From Mobula birostris (Eukaryota): DNA of 64,000 nucleotides. The stretch spans positions 95,992,062 to 96,056,061 of the forward strand of contig NC_092373.1 of assembly GCF_030028105.1 (NCBI RefSeq), read 5' to 3'. The first letter of the stretch is position 1; every line of letters starts with the position of its first letter. Shown here piece after piece: positions 13,462 to 26,993 of the stretch. Below the pieces are notes generated by a model, which was given only the letters and a program-made list of their open reading frames with translations, made no database searches and was not told the DNA's origin. The translations under genes were made by a program, and so were the position numbers.

Positions 13462-13504
13462 ATTTGGCTTGAACCTGCAAAGCCTATTGTGAAACAAGTG
13501 CAAA
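13462..13504 (+). CDS. FARP2: FARP2 coding exon (IWLEPAKPIVKQVQ)
   Basis: ttttcatttag acceptor, A|gtaagt donor, 43 nt phase 0-1; WLEPxKPIxKQ FERM motif. Confidence 0.92.
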
Positions 13505-14999
13505 GTAAGTCTTTTCACTCATTATCTTCCATTCTTCATGTTGGCTGCAATCTTTCATCATGTCCATTTTATGTGTGATTTGTTCATTTTGTGTTCTAGC
13601 TTGGCTAATAGTGTTGGTCACAAAATTGTCTTGCAGCAAATTGTATTAAATGTGCCAGGGTTTAAGCATAAAGTTTTGCAGGTCGTAACCTCATAACAGT
13701 TTTTTGATATCAAAAGCTCAAAGTACATTTTTTTCTTGGTCTGTATGCAGTACACAAACACGAGATTTGTCTTCCCACAGACAGCCATGAAACAAAAAAG
13801 GAAGCATCAAATCCTCAAAGAAATAAAATTATGCAAATATCAAGGAAGATTTAAAAAAAAGCGAAAAACAATACAAAATACCAAATCACAAAGGCATGGG
13901 AAGAGTCCGGGCATATTTAGTTCAGCTCAGTTTAGTTCATTCCAGCACCATATCTCTTGCTGTCTGTAGGTTGCAGCACTAGTTTGCTTCAATTGTACAA
14001 AACAGTAACTAAAAAAGGAGAGACCAGAAACGCATTGTAACGTGAACTACAGAGTCCAGTTCACAAACGCATTGATCAAACCTTGCCCAAAATCTTTGCC
14101 ACATGTCCATATTCTTTATAGATTCTAGTTAATCTTGCTTGGTCATTGGTTTAGATTTTGGGCTTCTTAGGAAAGGGAAACCAGTAGATATTTTGTAGCA
14201 TCCAAGAGAACAATAAATCCGGTTTTAAATCTGAAGTCTACAGCCTCAATAACAGCAGTAATGAACAATGTTTTACACCATATAGATGCATTAGTCATCT
14301 TGGGATACACTAGACAGACATGGCAAAATAGTCCACCCAGAAAGTGAGTTCAGCACCTGGTAGTATCGGGAAGGCTTCCATTGCACCAGGAACCATGGAT
14401 GTTGGGGAGGATTTCAGGTAAGACTGAAGCTTTGAGATTTAGGAGCTTCCGCCTCAAAGCAAGACAGCTGTATCAGGGAGACATGAAGGACTGCTGTGCA
14501 CTATGTTTCACGGAGATGTAGTTGGCTCCCAGTTCTCTGGAAATGATGCTTCAGCTTGACGGTTTCACCATCCACTACACGGATTGGACCAGGTAAACGC
14601 AGAGGTAGCAGCATTTGCTTTTGGCCTAGGTCATCATGGGTGCTTGGACATGGCAGTTCCATCTCAGTCCTGCTGCTCTCCGACCTGGAGAGCTAGTGGT
14701 CAAGTGCCGTCTGTACTACATGCTAAAGGAGTTCTCTGCCCTTATCGGGTTCCATTATACGTCGCACTTCAGACATGCGTCAGGCTAGCACTAGAGGAAT
14801 TGAGGTGGAAGTTCCAGGACTCTGAAGGTTCAACAACAGCTTCTTCCCCACTGCCTTCAGGTTCTTGAATAGATAGGAAAAAGCTGTGTAAATTGTGTAT
14901 AAATTGTCAAATTGTTTGTACTGTGCTGCTGCATAAAGCTAATTTTCACATCATTTATATCCTATAAATGCCCATGAAAATAAATTTGAGTTGAACTTC

Positions 15000-15260
15000 T
15001 GTCCTTTGTTGCAGCCACCTATTACTTCCCAGTGATTCTATTGCTATTTCCATTTCCCCCTCTTCCATCTGCTATCTCCCCTCCTCGCCTGGATTCATCT
15101 ATTGCTTGCTCTGCTCCAATTCTACTGGCTATTTGCTCTTTCTTTGCAGATGAAGGGTCTTGACCCAAAACGTGACTTTGCTTCTACGATGCTGCCTGAC
15201 CCACTGAAATCCTCCAGCATCTCGTTTTTGATCCAGTTCCAGCACCTGCAGTATCTTGTT
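15000..15260 (+). mobile_element. Penelope 3' fragment with degenerate hammerhead
   Basis: Pyrimidine tract, then cagatgaagggtcttgacccaaaacgtgact and gatgctgcctgaccc...ctccagcat arm. Confidence 0.6.
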
Positions 15261-15633
15261 TCCTTAAGATTCGTGCATTGCTTTCCTGACAATGTTGGTC
15301 TGTAGTCTCTATTGCCCCTCTCCTCACTTTCATGAATAATAGTGTTGTCTTCTAATCTGTTGGAATTATTCCACAATTGAGAAAATAATCTAATTTTTCT
15401 AATGTTTCTGGAATATTTGTATAATCTCTTTATTATTCAGGGTAGAAACCTTACCACTTTTTTTGATTGCTTGTCATCCAACTGTTGTCTCTTTTGGAAA
15501 GGAGCTTTGACCGTTTATTATCATTTCCCTTTTCTTTGCTTCTTATGGGGCCTACATTTAGTCTTGCAACTTTTCATGTAATTCTAAAAGTTCTTGACAT
15601 CTGCTAATTTACACAATCTATCTTTTTAAATTA

Positions 15634-16417
15634 CAATGCATTCTGATTAATTTGGCCATTAGGTCAGTTGCATATTTGGAACAACTCTTAAAGAACAAAA
15701 ACTAATTGAGAAAATATCCTTGATTTCCTTTGTACATTTGGGACACTTTGCCGCTTGGGACAGAAGACTGTTACCGAGCAGTTTCTAACGAGTATCAGTT
15801 GTGTCCGCTTGTGTGGCCGTTAGACACTACATCATCCTTAGAGCAAACAGTTTTAAAATTTGTGTGTGTTTGTGTTGAAAAAGCAGTAATTTTTGTCACT
15901 GATAGTTGGTGAGAAATAAAATGTAATTCCAAACTGCTTAGCTCACTGAGGTTTCAAGTGTTCAGGAATGGTGATGCCAGAAACAGCCAGAAGTGAAAAT
16001 GAAACCATTTCACTACTTCAGGATATGAACTACAAAGAATTTGAAGGTATTAACAGTCTTCTTGAATGTTACAATAAAAATGAAAACTTGGAAGATACAG
16101 TCATCAACAGCGTTGTGTGAGGCAGTCCATTATCTGCACTAGGTGTCTGGGCTGATTTTGTTTACAGTCAATCAAAAGAACATGCCAGCGTACACTGGAT
16201 GGATTCCTCCACTGATAACTATTAACTAATACAGTTTTATAGTAATGTAGTAGTATTAGTTTTTTAACTTGTTTTGTATTTCATTTAAATACATAATTTA
16301 TCACAGTTAAACAGCAGTTCATCTTTTTCATATCTTTTTAACTATTTCCATTAAACTTCAGCTAATTGTGCCAAAATGTACTGGTCCCCATGTGTCCCAA
16401 TTAACTGGAATCCTCTG
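15634..16417. mobile_element. Non-autonomous Tigger/pogo-like DNA transposon
   Basis: TA-flanked imperfect TIRs (caatgcattctgattaatttggcc / gtcccaattaactggaatcctctg). Confidence 0.6.
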
Positions 16418-18480
16418 TACTTTGGTCATTTGCTGGCTGATGAAACTTCCAGTCCCTGGGGGATGTTGCAATTCCTTGTAGATTAATGCAGTACTTAACC
16501 TCTAGTTTCTTGTGGATGGATCACTTTTTCTGTGATTTATTTGCTAATAAACATTTCAGAATCAGGAAAATTACATTTACTGACAAGCTGTTTAATGTAA
16601 TTTTACAACTTTAGAATGGCCTTCATTATTTATTCAAATTTATCCAAGTTCAAATTGTAGTTTTTGATGTAAGTGCACCCCTCCAAAACTGAATTCAAGT
16701 TGTCATATCAGATTACTTTGCCACGTGGGTATGTATTACTGAGCACCGCAGTTTGCTCTCTTCATTGTTAGTATTGATAAGGTACCTGGAATTGCTTGCT
16801 ACTTGTTCTTATTAGCTACTTTACAGATTGTCATTGGATTTGTCCAGTTCCTAAGTATGGAGTAAACATTTATGTTGACCAGATTTTTACCACCTTAGGC
16901 AGTCCCATAGATAATTTCCACTTCAGTTCTGAGATGGCTAATGAAGCCGATGTAGAAATCAGAATTCTTCTGCAGGTGGGATGAGTTTCCTGATGGGTAC
17001 TGGGTAGATGGTGATGTGATTTGTTCTTTCTGTGTTGTTCTGTGCTCCCAACGTGCACAGGACAACATTGATTGTAGCCAGGTTAATTACGCTGAATGCA
17101 CATTTGTGGTCCTGGTGACTAGTTTGGAATCCACTTGTAATCATGCTTATTTTGCACAAGGTGATATCTGCCAGTGAACCGTCTATGGCAATTCAGTTTT
17201 GCTAGTAAGTTTGCAGTGATAATCACATTTTAACGCACTATAGCTCTGATTCTGGAAGGCTTAGGTGGCCCAGGGTCAGAAATTATCCCAAATAATGCAA
17301 TTAAAGGGACCTCTGTTACTGAAGAAAGTTTCTGGTCAACTCAACCTCGATTTTTGAATTTCCCAATTTGGAACTAGTTGGCAATGTGCACCGAATGGTC
17401 GGTGTGTGAATTAAAGCCAAGCTGTCTCAACCAGCTCAGAGTACTGTTTAGTTACCAAAATTAAATCTGACTTGGATGACATGAAATTTGTTGCTTTGCG
17501 CAGCAGTACGGTGCAAGAGCATAACATGACTATAAATTACAAAAATGAATAAACAGCAAAGAAAAGGGTTAATAAGGTGTGTTCATGAATCCATGGTCAA
17601 TTCAGGAATCTGGCAGAGGGGAAGAAGCTGTTTCTGAATTGTAGTAAGGAGAGAGGTAGTGATGCGAAGAAGGTTTGGTTGAAGAATAGAAGGAGCTGTT
17701 TTCTGCATCCAGCATAGAGCCAGAGAGTGATGTTAGCAGTGGGTGACCAAAATGGGAATTTTTCCAAGAATAAAATTCTTTAACAGAAGTAGGAATGTGT
17801 CTAAATGATTTAATCACGCCAGAATTCTTGTCTGCAACTAGGCTTTGTCTGCAATCCATAAATCCTGTAATGGCAAGGTATACCATTGTGGAGGATGACC
17901 TTCTCCATTATTCTATTGTGAATCCTGTTGTGTGACCCTGGCTGAGATTGTAATGGTTACACTCATTGCACTTTAAGAATACAAACTCAAGCTGTTTTGC
18001 TTGGAATGATTTGAAACATTTTGATAAATGCTGGCTTATTTCAAATCAAGAAACCAAGAGTCCATCAAAATTGTATTCATTCCACTTGAGCCTCTCTTAA
18101 TCTTTAGCTTTTAATTTGCATGGTGAATCACATTTGTTTTTATCGTTTGATTCTCTATCCTGGAATTAAGATCCAGTAAGCAAACAACAGAGCTGTTAAT
18201 ATTTCCTTTGAGTGTCAGACTATCTCAGCTGCATGACCTCTTTGTTTGCCATTCATATCCATTCTGTTCCTATAACCACAAACAAGTAATGAGTTTGTTA
18301 ATAAAGTTAAAAGATTCATTGTGATTAGGCAAAAAAATATTTTTGTATAGGATCCTGAATTTAGCTTTTGATTCAGATGTTGTGGTGTTATTTGTTTTAG
18401 TCTGATATCCTTCATTGAAATTGTGCCTTTGACATTAGAGTGACCTCAGTATGTGACTAAATATGTTTCATTCTTTACAG

Positions 18481-18559
18481 GACCAAAGAACACATTGTTC
18501 AGACTTTGTGTTAAGTTTTTCCCCCCAGATCCTGGTCAGCTGCTAGAGGAGTATACAAG
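18481..18559 (+). CDS. FARP2: FARP2 coding exon (RPKNTLFRLCVKFFPPDPGQLLEEYTR)
   Basis: ttctttacag acceptor, AG|gtaatg donor, 79 nt phase 1-2; VKFFPPDPGQLxEEYTR matches FARP2. Confidence 0.95.
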
Positions 18560-18639
18560 GTAATGAGTGACATTTGAATGCATTTTCAGTCACTGATTTC
18601 TACTGCTGCCATGATGCATGAGATGCAATTATTTCACGT

Positions 18640-19270
18640 TGTAAATTCAGGATGGTGGTTGCAACAGTCATTTCGGAGGCTGGTTGGGGTTGGCCATGGA
18701 TACTGCGTTCTAGCTGTCTTATGTGATAGCAAGCCAGGGTGGTACAATATGGAGAGCATGCTGTTTCCCATGTAGCAAGCTCCCTCTCTCCACGCAGCTG
18801 ATGAATCCAAAAGAATGGCAGAGACCAATAGTTTGGCAGCAGTGTTGTTGCAGGAATTGTCAGTCAGTGTTGAACTCAATGTAGGACTGCCTTAGGGGCT
18901 CCAGATCTGGACTTTTTCCTCTAGGTTTACTTCTGAAGCATTCCCCTTGAGTGGGTTTTGCTACAAGGCAACAGAGGTTTGAGATCGGAGTTTTCCTTTG
19001 AGATCGGAGTTTTCCTTTGAGATCAGCTGCTCACTATGGTTGCCGAGTTTCCCCTGCTTGAAGAGACTGGTTTTAAGGTGTCACCTTTGCCTCTTCTCCT
19101 GTCAGTAGAAACGGTTCCACCAAGCTTAGTAGCTAAGCCACACGCGAAGACCAGGAGCTGGACTTGGTTGTCAGGGGCTATTTGAGACACATGCCTTTGG
19201 GAGCATTTAATAGATGGTGGGAGCTTGTCCCCATTACCACTCCTGGCTATGACAACCTGAAGGAGCCAAT
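18640..19270 (-). repeat. Interspersed repeat, possibly RTE-related, with internal tandem duplication of tttgagatcggagttttcc
   Basis: Compositional shift from the flanks; 19-bp direct duplication at about 18978-19024. Confidence 0.4.
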
Positions 19271-20964
19271 TATTTAAATAATTACACTCTCTGGTACCGT
19301 AGGATATACATGTACTTCAGTATTTTATCACCTTTGGTCTATTTTTCCGGCATCTTTGTCACTAGAATAGCCAGTGTTTATTGTCCAACCTTAATTACCA
19401 TTGAGAAAGGAGAGGCAAGTTGCTGCTTTGATCAGCTGCAGTCTTTCTGGTGGAAATACTCCTGGACTGTTGTTCAATCAAGAATTCTTGGACTTGGTGA
19501 CAATGGACCAGTGATAGATTTCCAAGTCAGGATTGTGGGGGCAAATCTGTATGTGATGCTGTTTCCATGTACCTGTTCTCCTTAATGGAAAAGGTGATGG
19601 GTCTGGGAGTAAACTGGACAAGTAATTGAAATGCATACAAACCACACATTACTATTCTGATATTGAGAACTGGGAGACCAATGAACTGTCAGTTAATCAG
19701 GTTTCATTGTCTTGGATTATATAAAAGTTTCTTTGGCGTTGTGGAGCTGTACTCATTTCTGGCAAGTGGATTATGGATTGTTTACACCCAAAACATTATT
19801 ATCCTGAGTACTTAAAATTAGATTTTCTATTTTGGAACTACCACTAATCCAACCTTGGAGCTGCCTTCAATTAGGCTGGTGAGAAGATCAGAACAGACAA
19901 ATCCTATTAAAGATTAACATTTCTTTGCATGTTTTCATTCATGAGAGGTTTTATTAATTCCAGCATTTTCCTGAGTTTCCGGATCATTCTTGTTCTGTCA
20001 TGGATGCACTCTGCCAATTTATTCCCCCTTGAGGGACTCTAGCTAACTGAGAGAAGCCCAGGGACTTGAAAGTAAAATGCTGGATAAGAAAGTGGTTAGT
20101 GTTAGAAAGCAGAAGGTGGTAGATGAATATTTTTCCATCTGTAGGCTAGTTTGTAATAAGATCCCATGGGTCAAATTTTGTGGTCTTTAATTTTTTAAAG
20201 TCAAACCCTTGTGTTGGAAATAGCATAATGAAGCCAGACATGAAACTTGCTGGCATAATACACAATGTTGAGTAAAATTATAACCATGCGCTGGTGAAAT
20301 GGACAGGACTATGGTAGAGAAAGCACTGTGAATGTTGCATTGGAGTATGCAAATGGATTTTTCAGTCCAACTTGTCCATACCAACCTATTTGTCTATTTG
20401 ACCTCATCCTATTTCCTTGCAATTGGTCCATAATCCCTCTAACCCATTCAGATCAGTGTCCTGTCGTTATAACCCTTGAGCTTTGTGTTGTATCTGCTAC
20501 TACTTCCTCTGGCAGGTTGGTTCACATAGCCACCACTCTCTGTATGGAAAACTTTGCCCCTCAGGTCACTTTTAAATCTTTGCCCTCTCATCCATAATCT
20601 ATACCTTCAAGTTTAAAATTCATCTACTCTGGGAGGGGAAAAAAGATTGACCACCTTATCAGTGCCCCTCACGATTTTATAAACCTGCACTCCGTGGGGG
20701 GGGGGACTCTCCTTGTATGTCCTTGTGGATCTTTTGTGACAGTGGTGAGACAATATGCTGTAATTAGCACAAATTCAAAAGCCTTGCATAATTGTTTTAG
20801 TTGCATGTCTCGTTAGTGGTTTAAATTTTTTTTATTGATTTCATGAATTTCAAAATTGATTCTTCTTCATATGCCTTGTGCGTTACACGCTTTGGTGATC
20901 ATGGCTTTCCACATCGAACGATCCCATGCAGTGTCAATGACATCTCGCACACTTAGATTAAATT

Positions 20965-22072
20965 CTTTCTTTCTTTTCCATTCTTTTTATTGATATCAAA
21001 ATGTTAAACATAACATAATAATATAAAGCTATTGGATTACATTAATAATTAGCATATAAAAATGAAAACTCAGTTAACACACAGATATTAAACCTCCCAA
21101 AGTCTTGCAAAATACGAATACAAATATTATATAAATTTTAAAAAATGTAAAAATAGCATAGAAAAAGAAAAAAAATAAAATATCCCCCCAAAATAAACTA
21201 AACAGTACTAAGCAACTAAACTAATAAAAGAAAAAGACATGGGTTGTTATGTTACGTCAAAAAGGACCATTAGTGTCATTAACTCCGCACCTCTCTCCAT
21301 ATATTTGAAACTAATAGAATAGGTTTGGAAAAGGTCAAATTACATCAAATGGAAGTGTTGAATAAATGGCTTCCAAGTCTTTCGAATTTAATAGAAGAAT
21401 CATAAATGACACTTCTAATTTTTTCTAAATTTAAACACAACATAGTTTGAGAGAACCAATGAAATGTAGTGGGAGGATTAATCTCTTTCCACTTCAGCAA
21501 AATAGATCATCTAGCCATTAATGTAACAAATGCAATCATCCGAGCTGAAGAGGTTAGATGAATTGGTTCTATCATTGGTAAACCAATGAGGTTTACCAGT
21601 GAGGTTGTAAATCAATACTCAAAACAGTTGAAATAATATCAAAGATATCTTTCCAATATTTTTTCAAATAAGGACATGAGCAAAACATATGAGTTAAAGA
21701 AGCTATCTCAGAGTGACATCTATCACATATAAGATTTATATGAGAGTAATAATGAGCTAATTTATCTTTAAACATATGGGCCCTATGTACTACTTTAAAC
21801 TGTATCAGCATATGTTTAGCACATATAGAGGATGAATTAACTAATTGAAGAATTTGGTCCTATTTTTCAATAGGTAAAGCAAGCTTAAGTTCCCTTTCCC
21901 AATCATTCTTAATTTTATTAGATAAGTCTGGATGTATTTTCATAATATAAGTGGTTGCTATTGCACCTTTCTGAAAAGGATTTAAATCTAAAATTTTTTC
22001 CAAAATATCCGTTGGATATAGATTCGGAAAGGTAGGAAGAACAGTATTTAAAAAGTTTCTAATCTGTAAATA
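20965..22072 (-). mobile_element. 5'-truncated L1-clade LINE with 11-bp TSD
   Basis: tagattaaatt at 20954-20964 and 22073-22083; ORF 21593..21811 IQFKVVHRAH...CDRC...HMFCSC (L1 C-terminal Cys domain); AATAAA plus A-rich tail on - strand. Confidence 0.88.
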
Positions 22073-23535
22073 TAGATTAAATTGATTACAGATACAAAAA
22101 GGTTATGTTGTAAATTGTGTAAGTCATTGTTTGTCATAAGGGATGAAGTAATTTCGCTATATAGAGAAAAGTTGGAAAAGTTAGCCTTCTGTTCTAAAGG
22201 CAGCAGTCCTGAGAACTGACTCGAGGGTTTATGATTAGTTTTCTATTTTCTCTGGCAGGTGGATCAATCCAGATTTATTGACGAAAAGATTTTGAAATGG
22301 GCCAAGAGTTTTGTATTTCGCAATTCCAGTTGTGCAGAGGTCATAGGGCAATACAGCACGGATACAGCCCATTCAGCCCATCAAGTCTGTACTGACAATG
22401 GCCATCGAGCTATTCCCAATTTCCTGTGTTCAGCCCATAACCCTCCTGGCATATCCTGCCTGAGTGCATCTTAAATAATACTACTGTACCTGATTCAACC
22501 ACTTCCTCTGGTGACTCATTCCATGTAGTTACCATTCTCTGCGTGGAAAAAGTTGCCCTTGAGGTCCTTTTTAAATCTTTCCTTCACTCTTAACTCTTTG
22601 GCCCCAAGGTTTGAATTTATTTTTATATATCCATGAACGCTGTTCTTTCACTTGTTTATTATTTTCTTCATTCCTCTTTCCGTCAACCTTTTAATGTTCC
22701 ACAACTGGTTCTTAAAAAAATTCCCAAGCCTTCGGTAGCTTTTGCTGCTCTGTAATGTAATTTTCAACTTAATATTTTCTTCAGACTTTTTTTTGTTTAC
22801 CAAGGATTATTCTGATTAGGATAAATTCCTGCTGAATGCTATAAAATGGTTACTCAAATATCTGCCATTGTTCCATCTACCGACCTTCCCTTTATTCTGT
22901 TTTCCCAATCCACACTAGGCTATTTGTCATATCTCTAATGGGCCCTTTTTAAGTTGTGGGCATTGAATTTAGACCCAAGGATTTTGCCCTGGTCTGTATC
23001 TGGGTTTCTACCACCTGCTCACTCTGATATCCTTTTCTACCAGATCTCTTATTAATCTTAGTTCACTCAAAGTACATTTATTATCAAAGTATGTATACTT
23101 CATACAAACTTGAAAATTGTCTTCTTGCAGGCAGCCACAAAACTCAATAGAACCCATTAAAGCAAAAGACTGTAAAATGTCCAATGTGCAGAGGGGGGAG
23201 AAAATCAAATTGTAGAAACAATAAAAGTAAGCAAATGGCATTCAGAACTGAGGTTTACGAAAATGAGTTAGTTGCAGGCCACAGCCTCAGTTCAGCGCAG
23301 AGACTAGTACACCTTGCGGAGCAGCGAGCTGAACTGATCTGTCACTTGCCTTGGGCCCCGACACCCTGCTCTTTTCAATCTGACCCAACTCTTAACTTAC
23401 TATACAGAATGGGGGAGCTTAAAAAGTGAGGTTTAAAAAAAAAGCTAAACATGTAAGATTCAAGTACACCTGCTATTTCAGGCCGACTGATGACTTGTGC
23501 TGTAAATTTTGGCTTCAGTTTGTTGAAGTTTAGAT

Positions 23536-24476
23536 CAGGAGTCCCCAACATTTTTTGCACCACGGACCGGTTTATTATTGACAAAATTCTTGCGGGGCGG
23601 GGTGGAATTGCAAACGGACAAGAGTAACCGTCAAATACGTTGTTTTCACCCCGAGAAGACTACAGTGATCATGAAGCCTTGCGCGGGCATCTGTGCGCAT
23701 GTGTGTACGTGCCAATTTTTTTTCTGCAAATCGTTTTTGGCGATTCTGTTCGGGGGGGTGTTACTCACGACTGGAATATAGGTGATAAATGGTTAATACA
23801 CTCGATTTCATTTCTAAAAGGCTTTATCTAATGAATTTAATATTAAATACACAGCGCATATTTTCCTCGCATGACTATAATGATAAGTCAATTATAAGTC
23901 AATAGCATCATAACATTTTAAGTAACGTTTGGATATTAAGCACACAGCACATATTTTCCCCGTGTGAACATATAAAATCATTGGAACACACCAATATCAC
24001 TGAATCAGTGGGAGCCCTGGGCTTGTTCCCCTGCAACAAGGCGGTGCCATCGAGGGGTGATGGGAGACAGCGATACTCGAGGGGGGTTCCTTAGTCGATT
24101 CCGCAATTTAGCTTTCGTTGCATTCATTGCAGAATACTCTGCTTCGCAGCGATATGATGTTGGAAATAGAAGCAACGGTTTTCAGTGCTTTCGTGGCTAT
24201 CTCAGGATATTTAGCCTTGACTTTGATCTGGAATGCCGGCAGAGATGTTATGTCAAACATACTTTTCAGCCCGGCGTCATTTGCAAGCTCGAGGAGTTGA
24301 TCTCCTTCCCGCGCTGAAGTGGATGACGTGCGGGTAATGATCTCGTGTGCATTCAAACTCAGCAGAGTGCGTGACAGGGGATAAGGAAAGGTGCAGCTGA
24401 CTCATATCGCCAAATCATATCATTTCCTTGTGGACCGGTAGCACATGCTTTGCAGCCTGGTGGTTGGAGACCGCTG
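23536..24476 (-). mobile_element. hAT (Charlie/Buster; Charlie3/MER1-like) internally deleted DNA transposon
   Basis: TIRs caggagtccccaac / gttggagaccgctg; imperfect 8-bp TSD gtttagat/gcctagat; ORF 24108..24356 DQLLELANDAGLKSMF...YPEIATKALK (hAT dimerisation domain). Confidence 0.88.
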
Positions 24477-24785
24477 GCCTAGATGGTTCACGTTGTATGG
24501 CGGTATCTATATTTTCATACACACGTTATGGTCTTTGCTGAACTCCTGTACATTTTATTTACTTAAGATTACTCCGTGGTGGGTTTTCTTGCATTTACTG
24601 TGCCTAGCAGGCTATTTATTTGACTGTTTATAGATCATTGTGTTTGGTTACAGAATCCCGAAGTCCTCTGATGTCAGGTAGTAGAAGAGTGTTACTAGGA
24701 ATGAAGCACCTGCAATGCTGCATTTGTGGATGTGTTTTCAAACTGAAGGATAGAGCTTCCATTAATTGTCATTTTCTATTTCTAG

Positions 24786-24883
24786 GTACTTGTTTGCACT
24801 TCAGATTAAGCGGGACCTGGCAGAGAACAAAATAATATGCAGCGAGAACACATCTGCACTCCTCATCTCTCATATTTTGCAGT
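24786..24883 (+). CDS. FARP2: FARP2 coding exon (YLFALQIKRDLAENKIICSENTSALLISHILQ)
   Basis: ttttctattttctag acceptor, T|gtgagt donor, 98 nt phase 2-1; FERM F2 lobe. Confidence 0.95.
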
Positions 24884-26699
24884 GTGAGTATTGCAGATAA
24901 ACAACTTGGAGCTCATTAATGTCATGTGCTGATCACAGCCATGACAATATCAAACACTTGCTATAAATGAACATATAAAGCTCAATCTTGATTGTGGTAA
25001 GAGATTTCATCAAGGGCCTAATACATAAACAACTGGGGTTAAAGAACGAGTTGACTCTTAAAGGTGAATGAGGAATTGCTGGCAAAATAGGTGTTTGTGA
25101 TAAAGACCTCTGTTCCTATCTCTTCATCCAATGAATTGGAGAGAGAGGAGGTGTTGGGAGAGAAGTGTGTCATTCATGGCTTTGTTTGATATCACAAGAA
25201 GTAAATGTGAAATAGAGAAAGTGTGGGTTGTTCTTTGGGCAATTATGGATTGCATCAGGAAGGATGCTTGTTTAAGACTGAAACCAGAGCTATAGAGCAG
25301 AGGAGGGTGGTATAAGCACTTTTTTTAAAATTAAGGAATCTGAATAAGTAGTTGACTATCAGTAGCTGCTAATGCAACACAGGGATAATGAGAGGGCATT
25401 GTTAGGTAAAATGGTAGCCATGACATGGAGTTACGTGGTCAGAGGGTTAGGGTTATATTGTCTTCAAGCTCATGACACAAACCGAAGTAAAGTAACTGGA
25501 ACAGCAGTATTATAGAAATTCCAGTTGGGATATTGAGGTATAGGATATAACGAAACTGGATTTTTGAAAGGAAGGTGCACTGTTGGGCAATGAACAGGAG
25601 ATCGATTTCTGTCTGTGTTCCCCTGCCACCTCTGCTCTCTGACTGGCATCGGGTCTGGGGATGGCTCGTCCTTGTATTGGAAGCCCTCCATAGCTTCACA
25701 TTTCCCTATCTGAGTATTTTAGTCCTGACTGTGGCTTCAGAGCTCTCTGTTCATCGTATTCCAGGGACGGTGAACATTTTTGAGAGTGCGTACCCAAAAT
25801 GGTGATAATATGAAAAGTTCTCTCGCATGCCATGGTAATTTTAAGAAGAGATTATTGTTGATTAATGAGTTAGTAACAATAATTATGGACTTTTTGTTAA
25901 GGGATAAGGCTAAGTCCTGTTGTTAGATGTATTCATTGTTTTTTGTTACTAAAAATATAACATTTAAATATATGTACTTCAGAAAACCTGTTCAAAATTA
26001 TTATTAATTCTTTAAAAATTGAAAAATTACATTTCTAACTAATATTGTTATTGTACCTCATATAACTTAGGGAATGTGAAATTATAAGTTTTGCATATTC
26101 ATAAAAGATCAAGGAAAGCAAATTAAGTGCACTGTACTCTGAGACATTTGTTGCTTTACTAGTGATGGCAAATATCTTATATCTGGCTTGTATTTGGTTG
26201 TTTTGTGTGTGGCAATAGTCTCATCCGTAAATCTATTCTTATAGTTGGACGTGTCCAAGTTCATTGCTAAAAACAATGACTCATAGGAATTTGTCAATGA
26301 AAATACTGTAAATATTGCCATTGCAAGACTTTTCACAGTTACGTTTCATGAATGGGATTTCAGGGTTTCAGAACCAAATTGTCTGGATTTTTTATGCTTT
26401 GATCTAGTCACTAACTGATATCTTTCAGTAGATTCTAGTTCAGTTCTTGACAAATTTTTGCCCCCAAATTCAGCTGCATTGTAAATCAGTTAATTGCATT
26501 TCAAAATTATCCAAATCAGTCAATCTACTGCATCATTTCCAAATTCAGTTTGTCCAATGTGAGAATTTATGAATTTTTGCAGTTTCTTCAGGTGACTCGA
26601 ATTTAGTGAATTTTAAAATTGTTGTTGAACCAATGGTACTCAGAATTACATTGAAAAGCTCTGAATCTCTGACTTTGCAGGAATTTCAGTACTTTATTT

Positions 26700-26993
26700 A
26701 TTTAGCGATACAGCACAGAGTAGTCCCTTCTGGCCCTTCGAGCCACGGCATCACAGCAATCACCAGCAAACCTGATCACCCCTAACTTAATCATGGGACA
26801 ATTTACAATGACCAGTGAACCTACCTGGTATGTCATTGGACTGTTGGAGGTAACCGAAGGACATGGAGAAACCCATGCATTCCAAGCGTAGGACATACAG
26901 AGACTCCTTACAGAACAGCGCCAGAATTGAATTCCATTCTCTGGAATGCCCTGAGCTGTAATAGCATCATGCTAACCACCACTCTACTGTGGC
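26700..26993 (-). mobile_element. HE1-like tRNA-derived V-SINE
   Basis: Reverse strand: tRNA-like head, V-like core, ggtcattgtaaattgtccc, CR1-like tail gggccagaagggactactc. Confidence 0.75.
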
